From assembly GCA_951406725.2 (NCBI GenBank), contig OX597815.1:101618001-101682000 (forward strand): a DNA stretch of 64,000 nt, in the 5' to 3' direction. Within the stretch, counting starts at the first letter, position 1. Every line of letters begins with the position of its first letter. The stretch comes from Octopus vulgaris. Lineage: Eukaryota. Shown here piece after piece: positions 38,330-52,597 of this stretch. The position numbers and the translations under genes were made by a program. The notes beneath the pieces are model-generated. The model saw only the letters and a list, made by a program, of their open reading frames with translations, was not told the DNA's origin and searched no databases.

Positions 38330-38620
38330 ATGAGAAAGTCACGAGAGATGGGGTGGTTCCCTAGGCCATGCAAGGGACCTCATTACCTAATGTAGGTTTG
38401 CCCAGATAACTGTTTCCCTCGGCCTTCAGGCGTATGCTGACAGTATGCTCATTAACTCGAGCCAAATTCATCGCTGTTACTCTCCTTTCAACAATTTCAT
38501 TACAAGGCAGCAGCTCCCTCTCCACCCTTACCTTCCTCTTGGAAGGGAACTTATAGAAGTGGACGAAGGCTTGACCGAGGATAAAAGTGACTGTCTCAAT
38601 TTATTCAGCTGTGGGTAGGA
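38330..38620 (+). pseudogene. Possible non-LTR reverse transcriptase relic
   Basis: QGTS followed by QAYADS (cf. QG..LS and QAYADD motifs); short and degenerate. Confidence 0.3.
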
Positions 38621-39758
38621 ATAAAAGATCTTTGGTTGTAGCCACTAGTCAAAAGAAAATTGTGTCCCTCTTCGGAAAGAAAGGCCATCATAACTCACAA
38701 GTCAGTAATGCTTGGACACTGAATGTGTGAAAAACGGATTCGTCATACTGTGGTCTTCATGGGGAGACCCTTAGAGCTCCTTGCGACAATTCCCCCAATA
38801 GTACAACCAGACAAGAGATCTCTGAATGCCCTTCAAGACAAATCAACTACTTGATTCTCATCAAAGCTCACTTTCCGTTGGAACTTTATCACTCTTTCTC
38901 TCCATTAATCCAATTTACAAAAATAATGTGGAAGTTCGTCAACAGGCATTAGAAAGCTGGTAGCACTTGACATCGTCAGATGTCCGATGTTGTTGTTTAT
39001 TTGATCCAGGACATCAGCTTAATCGACGAGACAATATGTGGTAAAAATGACAGAGAGAGCGACCTCACACCCAGGAATCTTTTTAGATGCTGTAGCTTCA
39101 CACATGTCTAGTGTCATCAGTCACAGTTTACCGAGTCCTCAACGCAAGGGGTTGTGGTATCAAATAGACCACCAAATCAGTGGTACGTGCTCCTTCTACA
39201 ACATGCAAAAGAGCAGATGCTTCAATCTGGTTTGACAAAATACTGGGCTAAAATACGGTGCTGACCTAGTAATATACGATGGCAGCGATGTATGCTTGAT
39301 CTTCTAGGATAGTTTCCCATTAAACTAACACTGGGTGAGACTGGATACCTCGTCCCAGTTGCGTCTAAATGAACCAGAAATCAAGCAACTTAACTGACCT
39401 GTCGGTCCAGTTAATAACGCAACATCATTATTTTGACGTCATACGCATGCACTTACCAGGCAGTCCAGCATCCCAATGAAAGCATGATGTCCGGTGCCTT
39501 ATTTTATCGACCTCGAGAGAATGAAAAGGACAGTTGACCTCACCGGGATTTGAACTCGTATCGCGAAGTATATTTTTAGACGCCCTCAAAAGATACACAG
39601 AGAGAATTCTTGGTGTATTAGGTCATCCAAGAAGTATTCTTCGAATATGAAAACATTAAGAAACGGATTGTTGTACAATGAACTGTAGTCACTACATTAG
39701 AAATCTGCTTATTATGCCTTATTCCCCCACTAGTAAAATGAAGCCATAACTAGTATTT

Positions 39759-39827
<69 letters not shown>

Positions 39828-40521
39828 GTGTGATAAAAAGCGTGTTTTCTAGGCTTTTCTAACAATGGATATTTGTAATGCTGAATCAAGATAGAAAAAC
39901 GGAAATACAGTGGTTCTGTCATTTTGCTAAAGGCAAGCGCCAATTTACATTCCTATTAAACTAATCACCTTATTTTTATTCATTTGTGTATTTGTACAAT
40001 TAATCCCCACGCTCATGTTACTCACAACACTGACAAGTAACATACACACGCTCATGCAAACATAAATAGATGTAGTAGCGATAGATTACCGATTTGGCGG
40101 TTGAACACACGATTTTAAAGTCGCACGTTCGTTCCCGCCAGCGGGCGAGGCTGCTTTTTAAAATATATCTAGACACACGCGCACACAAATATCATGTGGA
40201 TATACACACACATACGTACAAACATATATGTAAATACGTGTACGTGTATATCTATACAAATATTTACATACAGACACGCATATACATTTACACAAACAGC
40301 TAACCCCCACCCCACATATATACATCTAAATAGACACATTCATTTATATATGCGTGTGTGTATATATTGATACATATAAGTATATGCATGGACATATATA
40401 TTATACATACACCCACTGTTGTCCATGCATATTTTTTGCAAGTACATGTGCATACATATAAAAACATATATGCAAATGTGTATATTGACATTTATATACA
40501 TATTTATACACACACTCACAC

Positions 40522-40560
<39 letters not shown>

Positions 40561-41167
40561 CAAGCATACATAAGTACACATGTTTTTACACGCGCATAAG
40601 CATATTTTCTTATATATATTTAATAAAAGTATACATACATATTTACATACTCACGCATACAGATATACATATATAAGTACAAACTCACTAACACTATCCT
40701 ATACCCCTTAGTTAGCTAGTCTACATCTCAGTTTTAATTACAAACATCTGTAACTAGGCAAGTTAATTAGTTGCACTGTGTGAGACTGTGTTGATACTGA
40801 AGTTTAAAAGTCGCAACTTTGTCATGGGAGCAGGTGAATTTGCAGGAGTACACGTTAGATATGTAAATTCGTGAACACCGCAATTTGATATATGTAGTGA
40901 ATTTTTTTGTGTGTTCTCTTTTTTTCCAATGATTTGAAAGAACGAACGCGCATCCTTACAAATAACAAACCTCTATCGGTATAATTAAATTAGCAGTTGT
41001 CTACCAAATTCTGCTCACAAGGCATTTGTCAGCACAAAGCTATAGAAACGGGAGTTCAAGTTGCCACACGCTAGTATCGAAGTCTAAACCACATAGCTAC
41101 GATGCAAGTTTTTAACCACAAGGTCATAATGTTGTTTTATATATGTATATATATATATATATATATT

Positions 41168-41451
41168 ACGGAGATGTACTTGCATAGCAAGTAACCTGAT
41201 CTGAGATCGTGTGCTGGAACGAAAACAATTGCAGCGTGGAAGGTGTTTATAAGCCATTTAAGAAACACACAAAAACTATTAGATTCACTTCAATATTTAA
41301 ATTTAAATGTGCAGCACAGAACTTTGTTAGTGAACAAGTCGCGAAGCGACGAATATATTTTCAGAAATTAAATTTAAATGTTGAAGTGAATCTAATGGTT
41401 TTGGTGTGTTTCTTAAATGGCTTATAAACACCTACCATGCTGCAATTGTTT
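41168..41451. repeat. Inverted-repeat element within (TA)n: 84-bp arms with a 61-bp spacer
   Basis: 41223-41306 is the reverse complement of 41368-41451 with about 5 mismatches; flanked by (TA)n on both sides. Confidence 0.9.
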
Positions 41452-41456
41452 ATATG

Positions 41457-41504
<48 letters not shown>

Positions 41505-42564
41505 ACACATATATATATATACAAAAGAAATTATACATACATAGGTAAAAGATATGTTGCCACTACTCAACCTCACATATTGTGCAAATATTTCCGGTGG
41601 GGTACAGGAACAATTGTCACGAATATTAAAGTTGTGCCAAATTTATTCTTTGTTTTCTTTATATATACATATATGATAATACATATATCTGCGCTGTGTA
41701 TTTGATGTAAATATTGATAATATTCCTATGTGTATCAGATGCGGCTTTCATTCACACATACATACACTTATAACCACACAGGTACAAATATATGGAAACA
41801 CAGACATAACGAGCAAATACACATCGTTACTAGAGCAGCCTTGATTTCTATGATCGTTGGGGAAAAAAACCCCTTTATTCTCTCTCAATTCCTTGTCACA
41901 AGCTAATGTTTTATTAATGCTATTCTCTATTCTAGTTTCCCTAGATTTTCTTTATTTCAACTCCTTTCCATTTATTTCTTGCTTTATATCCTCCGAACTA
42001 TATCTAGTTTGCTTCTTCTTTCTATACATAATTTATCATTTTTCACCTCACCTCATACTCTCTTTCATCCCGTACCTTTGTGAATTATCTCTTTTTTGAA
42101 TATCTGATAATTTTTGCTTTTCTGTGTTAAAATAAACATTTTCAGTTTTCAGGATTCCACGACAAGGAAATTAGTGCAAGTTATTTTATGCAAAAGACCT
42201 AGTGTTTAAGTGTAATATTGAGAGAGACACACTTATTCACCCTTGGCGCTTTCACTTCTACAGCGTCACAAGGATACTGCCGTGACATACAGCATGTTTC
42301 AGAAATTAATTCTGGCATAGTCAATTCCTCACTCGGGCTGGAGTCAACCTTTACTTCAAAAGTAAGAGAGGTAGGAAATTATAAAAGACAAGAATGGAAA
42401 ACCAGCACTGCATATAGGCACTAGATCAACCTCGAAAGGATAAAATACAAATTTGATTTCAACGGGATTTTCACTCAGCTGGAAAGAATATTGCAAGCCA
42501 TTTTCTCCTACTCTGAAGTGGCCAACTCGTCAACATACTAACACTAACACGCATACGAAGAGAA

Positions 42565-42715
42565 TGAGAAGGGGGGAGAGGAGTATGGGAGAGAGACAGA
42601 GGAGTGAAGGAGGTAAAAAGAGAGAGGGATGAGGTAAAGAGAGAGAGAGAGAGGTGAAAGAGAGAGAGAGGTGAAAGAGAGAGAGAGAGAGGTGAAAGAG
42701 AGAGAGAGAAAGAAA
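42565..42715. repeat. Purine-rich minisatellite, (GA)n-GGTGAAA units
   Basis: Repeated gagagagagaggtgaaa units directly visible. Confidence 0.85.
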
Positions 42716-44132
42716 GATTTAAGTCACTGAAAACAATGAATGAGACTCCTTCCTCGATGACGACAGGTCGGTAATACATTTTGTAGTCTCTTTTAATGTC
42801 TGGAACCAATACTGAAGCTATCTATGCTATGAGAGGGCGTTCAAGCAATTGGTTCCTGAGCTTCTTCGTAAACTGAAACAGACGTGACGAATTTTCTGTT
42901 TTGGTTTAAAATGTAAATTAAGATGTAAATTAGTTTTAAATATTAATTAGTAACGACCTTTGAAAGTGTTTACAGTGAATCCCATGTGATTTCTTTCGAT
43001 GCCATTCAGTGATGTTGTGGAAGTTTGGATAGACAGAAACCCCTGAAATGGTAGGTCAATAGATTGTAACAGTCACAAATTAGTTGCTGAAGTAAGGACT
43101 CTGTAGATTGTTTTCGTTTGTAGTTTTTTTTTTATCTAGGAAGCGGCACACACATTTAAATTTATTGATCATATGCCTCGCATACTTTCTTTACTGCTTT
43201 ATATTTTAATGGAAAACAAAATAATTCCTAGCAGGACATGCTTAGCTTTTAGCTTCAATCAATCTCAACGTTTCTTTGTTTTTCCCAGAATCAACTGACA
43301 GATAATGAATAAATGAGAGACTGTATATTGTGACAGTTGGTTTGTTGTCGATTTTGTAAGTAGTTTTTTTAATATAAAATATAGGCTGAAATGTGTCAGC
43401 AGTCTTCACATGTTGTAGTCTTATGTGTGTCTGGCAAAAGATTGCGAAGTAATACGGAAAGCTAAGTGTATCTAAGACTACATTATCCTTTCCTGTCTTT
43501 AAGACAGAAAGGTGTGATGAAGGAGATTTAGTTGCACTTAGTATCAGATCAAGTGATTGCACAAAGGCTCCGTTGCCGTAGTAATGTAGTGAAACGCAAT
43601 TTGTTGTTGTTGTTCTGGTACCATGTCAGCTCTCAATGAATATGACCTATATTCAAAAGTGTTTCAGTCATGACCATCTTGTTTTCGCCAATATTTAGAA
43701 ATCCAGTGACCATTATGCGTTCCATGTTTAAGACAGTAGGGTGACATTTTGAAGAAATTCAGGTGGTATTTGTAGCAGATCAACTGACTCTGTAGAATGA
43801 AGTATAGTGTAGCACGTGGTATTGTGTTATAGGTAAAATAGTGCAGGGTATAAAACTGCTGTAACACTACCCCTCTCAATCACCACTCTCCACCACAACT
43901 ACCATCAGCTCCACTACTACTACAATCAACACCATTATCTTCTTTAATACTACCACGATCATCACCACTTTTACACCAGTGTGACATCATACTTCACCAC
44001 AGCTCCCCATCTGCATAATGAATGTAATTCTATTACTACTGCAGCTGAAGTGGGTACAATAACACATAAGTGTCAGGTTGCTGTCTCTTTTTCCTTCCAA
44101 AGACATTTACAAGCAAAATCACACATGAACTA

Positions 44133-44187
<55 letters not shown>

Positions 44188-44362
44188 CAATTATGATAGG
44201 GACATAACAAAGAGGTAGCAAAATTAAATATTATATATATATATATATGCATAAATGTGTATGAAACTCTTTCCTTCCTTTTTAACTGTTAAATTAACAC
44301 TTTGTTAAAAATTTGTCCCTCCTGTGTTGTATTTTTACCTTTTGTTCTCATCCATCACGTTC

Positions 44363-44414
<52 letters not shown>

Positions 44415-47400
44415 TTTATATGCGTGCGTGTATGTTGTATGTGTGATTTAATGGCTGAGCCTTTAACTATTAGACATTCGTGAATAATTTGCAAGTTTTT
44501 GAAGACCTGCATGGCTAAATCAACACTGATAATTACAAACGCAGAGTGCAAGATGGTACACACACCTCATTGGCTCACCTGGTATCGCTTTATTGACATG
44601 AAATAAGCTTATAAATCAAAAGAGAATACTGCTATAAATTTGCAAATCAAAGAACATAACTTACAAGGTTCTATTGATAAGGGAGGTAACAAAAAAACGT
44701 CGATCTAATGAAATAAACGAATGAATATACACGTTTCCCTACAACATGGAAACACATGCTCTCTCTCGTACATACACACATACGCACACACGCACATATG
44801 TGTATATCTTGGGAGTTGTAAATAAATGTATACCTATCAATATACATTCGTACGTACATTTGCGCACACATGAACAACTATATACACATACACACAAACG
44901 CAAGCATGACATGAAAAGTTGTAAATACACACTGTCATTTCAGCCACGGAATCGTACGCGAAGTGTGATGAGAAAATGAGGTAGAAAGGAAAAAAATAGG
45001 AGAAAATAATAATGCATAAATTGCGTAAAATAGTTATATGAAAGATGTTAGAATGAAGCTCATGGTGATAGGGGAAGAGGTTAAGTGAACCTGATGTTAC
45101 ATAGCTTAGCATAATGTTACGTGATATGAAGAAGGTTGAGGGAAAAACAATCAAGTATCAGTTATTCTTTGAATCTGGAAACTCATTCTATAAGCTCTGG
45201 CAAGGGCATTAGGAAAAATTTCGTATTAGTTAAAGTTAAGCAGCGTGGCCACACCGCTGCAAAAGTAGGGTGCCTTAATCAGGGCTAATGCCAGATAAGT
45301 TTCTTCTTTATATAAAAATTCACACCTGCATATATATCAGAGCATATGCGATCGAACCAATATTGTTCCATGATACAGTTAATGTTGCGCAATAGATGTT
45401 GAGGGATTTATGAAATATTAAATTATGAAAGAAAAAAGAAACGAAATAAACTAACAAGAACGATAAAATGAAAAATAAATATAAAGTCCTGTACAAATCT
45501 AGGTCGCAATATGAAATATTTCTTGACGGGCCCGCAGATAGGATACAGCAACAAGTATCTCGAATACACACAGACATACGTGTGTGTTGTGTTGTGTGTG
45601 TGTGTGCGTGTGTGTGTGTATGCGTGCGTGTGTGTGCGTGTGTGTGTGGTAGGTAGCGGACCAAAGTGGAACCAGAGAGAGACGCGTAAAGGAGTAAAAA
45701 ATTGATAGGGGAAAATGTGGAAGGGATTGCCTGATATTTATTTGCCTGTCCCTTCACCACTTAATACTTACCTATCGTGCTTATTTCCAACCCTTCCATC
45801 CATCCGCACAGTAGTGGGTGGGTACTGTCCCTCTTTTTACACATACATTAAAGACCATGATTCTCTACTTCTACTCCTTATTGACAGAGAACACGCAGCA
45901 ACAAGGAGAAAGACAAAAGCCTCGAAACCGATCAGAAGACACAACGTAATGGAGTAAAGTTGAAAACCTTTAAACCTGTAATTTCCAGTTATTTATTCAA
46001 GTTACCATTCTAATAAATAAGTAAATAAATAAAACTACTATATTCTTTTTAATTATATTGTTATTTTCTTATATACCTATTAATGTATGCCTCGAATTGA
46101 TATTATTTAAATAATGTCCCTTCTATATTCTATACGTAGATTTTTTCATTTCTTTTAAATGCATAACCTTTTGTTTTTCTTTTTTATGCTCATCCATCAA
46201 ACATCATCACCCCTACCGCCACTCTTAAACAGAACCATCATCACCATCACCACCACCATCACCACCACCATCATTGACACCCACACCCCCACCACCAATA
46301 ATACCTCCACCGCAATTTTCTTATTGACTCAAAATACTACGATATCATTTGTGCTGCTTCAAAATTATTTACAAAAGAAATTAATGAAATTTAAAAAAAA
46401 AACATGAGTAAGAAAAATATTTAAAAAAACAATAAAAGACAAACAAACAAAACAAGTAAAAACAGTTAGAGGAAGAACTGAAACAATAGTTGTTCCATGA
46501 ATGTAACAATAGGTGTATTGTTCACATTTGAACCCCTACCCGTTCATTCAACTTTATTTCTATGGTTACCTAGTACTATGAACACAGAATCATTACAAAT
46601 AAGAATCTGCTATATCAACCAGCCAGTCAGCCATTTGACTCCTCCTTGGTGGCCAATGGAAGCTGATGGTTGGTGAGAGGATGCGTATCACCTCGTTTTA
46701 TTATTGATCAAATTCGATTATATCCATTGTTTTCTTTGAACATTGCTTTCGGTTATGTAAATATGTATGTATGTACGTAAGTACGAGTGTGCACCATTCA
46801 ACTTTTACTACTTTACCATTATAAAGCTGTTTAATTGTCACCAACTTATTCTTTTCTAATATTAGCAAAATACTACATATTTTGGAGCCAATTGTCGATT
46901 AAAATTGCCTCTACATTTGATCTCAATGGAATATACACAGAGGATGTAATGCCAAAATATTTAAATATTATCAGACGTTTAGACTAGAGCTCGATGATTT
47001 TAATATTCTCAATTGCTACATAATTATTCTATTTACTCATCCGGTGAAAGCAGTTGAGTATGAACGATACTCTTCATAAGCTGAGCCAGCAATTCGGGTG
47101 CTAATCCCATCCGAAACATTTTCAATTACCATACATTATTAATGTCCTTTCAAGAAGACGTGGACATTATTACAATTTCAGTCAACAAGATTATTATGTG
47201 ACTGTTCTGAATGCTATAATCTTTTTTCCTCCTCTCTCAAATTCGAGGCCTTGTGCTTATAGTAGAAATCAATATGAACCGTCTTAAGAAGCAAAAATTC
47301 ATTAATATGCATGTTAAGAACACGATCAGTTGGCTTTATACTCCATATGGCAATATGTCGTATTGCATAACGTAGAAAATATTAGAAATGTCTTAATTAA

Positions 47401-48185
47401 ATTGAGGCTAATTGACTTAACGTAATGTCTTGCACTGAAATACGAGAATACTTACGTCGAACATTCTGCAAACGTTCCACCAAAGCCTTGTGCAGGGAAT
47501 CAATATACTTAATAGCTTCTTCTATCACTGTCACCTAAAACAAAATGTAGAAATAAACATGGTTTTATACATTATTAGAATCTGATGGGGGGAAAAGTGT
47601 TGGGTTTGGACCATGATTAGAAAGGAAGTTCAGATATGAGGAAAGATATTGATTGAAGAAAATACTAAGAGCAAAAGGCTAGATGAGTTGCTTCTTTTAA
47701 TGGCTTAGTCAGAGGAGGAAGTGCAGCACCGATGACCCTACCATTTTCAGAACTTCCAAAACTGGTGGGAGGTTGAGAGGATGAGACAGACTCTTGTAAA
47801 TTGATTATGTGGTACGTTGATTGAGAGTAAAGATAGATAAAGTAGTCAACAATGTACCGAGAGGCCGGAGAAGTAAATCAGGCAGTGCAAAATTAGGTTT
47901 AGTGTTAGAGAGAGAACTTATGGTTACATTAATAAGTCAGTTTTTCATTGAATACAAAAGAATATATTTTGTTCATGCAACAACATGTAGAAGAAGACAT
48001 ACTGATAATGTTAATTTCTCCACATGAAATAGTACGGTTGGTGCTAATGTAAACTATGAAATTTAAATTAATTGAAATTAATTCTGGTCCAAAACACCAG
48101 TCAGAAAAAAGTGGAATTTAAATTAACATATATCAAAAAGACAGCGCACTTGGGAGTGAGTCCAATCTTTGGCTGTACAGTAACA

Positions 48186-48226
48186 ACACTGGACGTTTCG
48201 GTGTTATTAGACCTCATCAGCGAAAT
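48186..48226 (-). ncRNA. Minimal hammerhead-like core
   Basis: Minus strand CTGATGA-ggt-ctaataac-acc-GAAA-cg-TC; stem I pairing is poor. Confidence 0.4.
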
Positions 48227-49349
48227 TTAATTTATTTTGAGTGTTGTTATATTCTTTTGTTTTGTCCCTCTATATTGTGATTTCAAATTTTTCTGGAGAC
48301 GAGTCGGTCATTTTCCTTTTAGGACCTTAATAGTTATACTAAGTCAATTCAAACAATTCCATACCACCTATCAAAGACTTCAATGTAAGAAAAACAAGTT
48401 TTGGTTGATCAGTTAAGGAGTTCAATTCGTACTCATATAGATTCACAATCTCAGGTTGACCAATAATTTAGAGTAAACGGGTGAGTGGACAAAGGAAAGA
48501 GGCACTCAGCACCTTTAGTAGGAGTTACATATATTATTTAAAACAGTTTGATTCAGCCCCATGAAACCTAAAGTTTTACAGACTTCTTACTCTAGTACTA
48601 ATACAGGCATACTGTATTGCGTTAGGGTATTGTGTTAGATATGCAACAGTAACTACAACAATGAACACATGCTGCCATTATTAGTTCTATCGAACCCACC
48701 AAGACTTATCAGTTGTTGTTGGTTAGTCTTGCTTGAGCAACTTATGAGGCAAATCAACCAGATAGAAGTATGTCAAGAACTACATTATCCAATGCGTTCT
48801 TAGCTCCTCCAAAGCAGTTGGGTGTGGTTTAAAGGAGAATTGGAAGCTACATTTATCAGATCCAAGAACCACATACAAGATCTCATTGCTCGAGATCTAA
48901 TAGTGAGAAGAAATCATGTCCGACATTTATGCTATTCTTCTTACGATTACCAATTACGAATACCAACAGTATAAATTAGAATACAATTTGATTAATAACT
49001 GGATTTGATTAGCAGATGCATTTTGTGGTTGTAAAATACTAGTAGAGGAATATAGAGGTCAAATAGTTTTTAGAATTATGTCTTCAAGTACTTACTTTAG
49101 AAACTTTGTTGTTGTTAGCCACTGATGGTACAAGTGTACGCAGTTTAGAATATTCACGATGCCTGAGTCTACGGAGATGTAACCGTACACGTCTTCGTGC
49201 CAACTTCTGCATATTGGAGCAAGAGTTTTGATGGGATGTTGCAACAATCATCATTCTGTGAAAGATAAAATATATACATGCATATAAATGTTAAAGTATG
49301 ACAATTACTTTAGCGTACGTTTAAAGAATGACAAGACATTTACCAATAG

Positions 49350-49945
49350 TGTGGATATAAGACAGGTGCAGGAGCAACAAACTGGTGTATTAGTTTAACG
49401 CTGGGGGAAAATGGGAAAATCTTTTACGTTTCGAGTCTACGCTCTTCGACAAAAAGGATTACAGGATTCAGAGGAGAAAAATGGAGAGAGAATGAAAATA
49501 AAGGAAAGAGAAAAAAATGTGCAGAGTTCAACGGTCCAACATGGCACGATGACTGAAAATAAGAGGTTGAATGAAAGGGAGATAATAATAACGGTAAAGG
49601 TAATGGTAACCTCAATGAACTAAGTCGCGTGTGTGAGTGTGTGAGTGTGTGAATGGGGCGAGCGAGTCTTAAGTGTGTATATATATAAAGGTTCTGTCCA
49701 CGTGCACATCAGCTTAACTGATATGCAAGAAGGTTAATCTGAAACTGGCAGGCGCAGCTGTTGTGGCTGCCGCACAAATGAAGCTCTGGGTTCGATGGTG
49801 CTGTGACACCACCGACTTTCGGCTTCAGAGCCAGCACCTCGTAGTTCTCGAAGGAGAGACAGATCAATGATGTGTCACTAGACCTTGCGACTGGAGAATA
49901 TGAAATATCACATTCGAGTGTCTTCGGTGGGTTGACAATCACTAG
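49350..49945 (-). mobile_element. Possible Penelope-like element 3' remnant
   Basis: Minus-strand SPVAR...FENYEVLA loosely resembles a GIY-YIG endonuclease C-terminus, followed by a variant hammerhead-like motif tcgaaga-g..ctc-gaaa-cgta at 49417-49457. Confidence 0.3.
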
Positions 49946-50486
49946 AAAAACAGAAAATGTCTCTCGGTATTTAGTTTTAGCTTTAGACGTTCTGAGTTCA
50001 AAGCAAACCGAGGTCGACGTTATGTTCCAGTGATTTACTGGTGCTGATTCAATCGACCGATCTCAGTCGTCAGAATCATGGCTCTGCGCCAATACTATCA
50101 ACCAAAATATAAGAGATACGCTCAATATTTTAGATACTTTTGAGAAATATTCATATATCTGAGACAATTTGTAGAGAAGGTGTATAAGAGTATATTGTTT
50201 AGAAATTGTTTATCTAATGATCTAAAGATCCATTTTGCAACTATATTTTCACATAAGTCATATTGCCTGAAGCAACTGCCACCCTACATCTACGTATCTC
50301 TAATATATGCCACTTTACTATATAGTTCTTTTTCACAGCATCCTTTCTGTTTCTTTATCGATATCTATCTATTTATCTATAACTATCTTTATATCTATCT
50401 ATATTTGTTTATCCATCCATCCTATTACTGTAACTAAATGAATATAGTTATCGATCGGAGCTGAAATGATAATATTGAAAGTACTG

Positions 50487-50524
<38 letters not shown>

Positions 50525-50884
50525 TGCAAATGAGAAACTTTCTCCTAACAATACAGCGGTGGGAAGTATATGAAGCAAACAAGGTTTGAAAACTCGACCT
50601 TCGGTTGATTACCTATGGAAGGTGAAGCAACACGGTTTTACTGTTACCTCAGTCTTCTTACATAATGCACCACTGCAATATATTGAAATATTCAGAAACG
50701 ATCAGTAAATTATCAGATGATCTTTATATAACTTTTTTTTTCACAAACAAAATGTTAATTTAATAGCCGAAAGTCAACCATTATCAATATTTCAAAGAGA
50801 TGAAATAAGATTATCTATGTAAAATCAAACAACCACGAAGAAGACCAAAAAAGTGAAGTCAACCAAAACGTGTTCAACCCCTCA

Positions 50885-50892
50885 CACAGAGG

Positions 50893-50974
<82 letters not shown>
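50885..50974. repeat. (GA)n microsatellite
   Basis: Directly visible. Confidence 0.95.
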
Positions 50975-50977
<3 letters not shown>

Positions 50978-51884
50978 GCCGTACAAATGGTGATAATAGG
51001 GTATTGGTATAGGTAGTATTTTATGTAAAAACAGAAGACGAGAGAAAAGCAAACAACATTCTCTGATCAACAATGCGAGGTTGTGTCTTATTTAAAAGTA
51101 ACATTTATACATACACACACGTATGCATATATGTATATATGTATGTATGAGTGTGCGTGTATGTTATGTACACATATATTTGTAGACCAACATATATTTA
51201 GATAGATATGTTTGTATATATGTGCGCATCATAATATATGCGTATAATGTAAGTGAATATATACTGTATATATTGAGTGCGTTATCTATGTATGCACACA
51301 GATATATGCATTTTTTTCTTTGTTTATATTTATATGTATAATTGTATGCTTGTATTTACTTTTCAGTGTATGCATATGTTACATGTATGCATGTATTTAA
51401 TTATCTTATGTATGTATGATAAGGGTAGTGTAAGTGTGTATGCGTATGTTTAGTTGCATCTCTCTGGGCAAACTCTGACAATGAAATCATCGATATCTTT
51501 TGAAGAATTCTATTAGATGTATCGCGAGGGAAATGGAAAACAGAGTAGTGGTACAAAAGCTGGGGAGGGCAAAGGGGAAATCTTAGTAGAGAGAGGGAAT
51601 AGGACAGTGGGGGGATAAGAGATATAAAAGTTGGTACAACAGTTGAATAAAAAAAATCTATACCAACACATCAAAAGAAGTTGGAATGAATCTTCGAAGT
51701 TTACAAGAGACAAGAAGCGGAAGAAATTAGAAGAGGAGCATAAAGACAGAACTCATAAAATTGTCATCTTCAAGTAAGGTACAGAGTAAAGTACCAAAGT
51801 ACTGAGGTTGACTGTTAACAGTCTATACAACTTACAATTTCTGATGTTGTGCCATGTAAGAAATATTCATAATAATCTCTATCT

Positions 51885-52048
51885 TACTAGAGGCACAAGG
51901 TCTGCAATTCTGGGGAAGGAGCTAGTCGATTACATTGACCCTAGTGTTTGACTGGTACTTATTTCATCGACCCCGAAAGAATGAAAGGCAAAGTCGACCT
52001 CAGTGGAATTTGAACTTAGAAAGCAAAAACGGATGAAATGCCGCAAAG
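51885..52048 (-). mobile_element. Family A SINE, 5'-truncated
   Basis: actggtacttatttcatcgaccccgaaagaatgaaaggcaaagtcgacctc is the reverse complement of the family A core. Confidence 0.85.
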
Positions 52049-52059
52049 ATACTCTTATT

Positions 52060-52225
52060 AAGACGGCGAACTGGCAGAATCGTTAGCACGTCGGTCAAAA
52101 TGCTTAACGGTATATAATCTGTCTTTATGATCTGAGCTCAAATTCTGTCGAGGTCGATTTTATCTGTCCTTCTTTCAGGTTTGATGAAATAACGCTGGGG
52201 TTGCTGTAATTGGCTTAACTCTATT
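52060..52225 (+). mobile_element. Family A SINE
   Basis: acggcgaactggcagaatcgttagcacg head and diverged core. Confidence 0.8.
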
Positions 52226-52239
52226 AAAATTTGAATGCT

Positions 52240-52555
52240 GAGTGTGTAGCACTCCGTCGGTTACGACGAGGGTTTCAGTTGATCTGATCAACAAAACAGC
52301 CTGCTCATGAAATTAACCTGAATGTGGCTGAGCACTCCACGGACACGTGTACCCTTAACGTAGTTCTCGTGGAGATTCAGCGTGACACAGTGTGACAAGG
52401 CCGGCCCTTTGAAATACAGGTACCCTTCATTTTGCCAGCTGAGTGGACTGAAGCAACGTGTCTTGCTCAAGGATACAATGTGTCGCCAGAAATTGAACTC
52501 ACGACCTTTGCGATTGTAAACCAAATACCCAAACCGCTAAGCCACGCGCCTTCAC
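52240..52555 (-). mobile_element. tRNA-derived SINE (family D)
   Basis: Minus strand: gtgaaggcgcg-TGGCTTAGCGG (A box)...GAGTTCAATTTC (B box)...ttgtatccttgagcaagacac...tccactcagctggcaaaatg central domain. Confidence 0.85.
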
Positions 52556-52597
52556 TCTAGGTTCAGGACTATAGTTGAAAGGAATATTCTTATTCAG

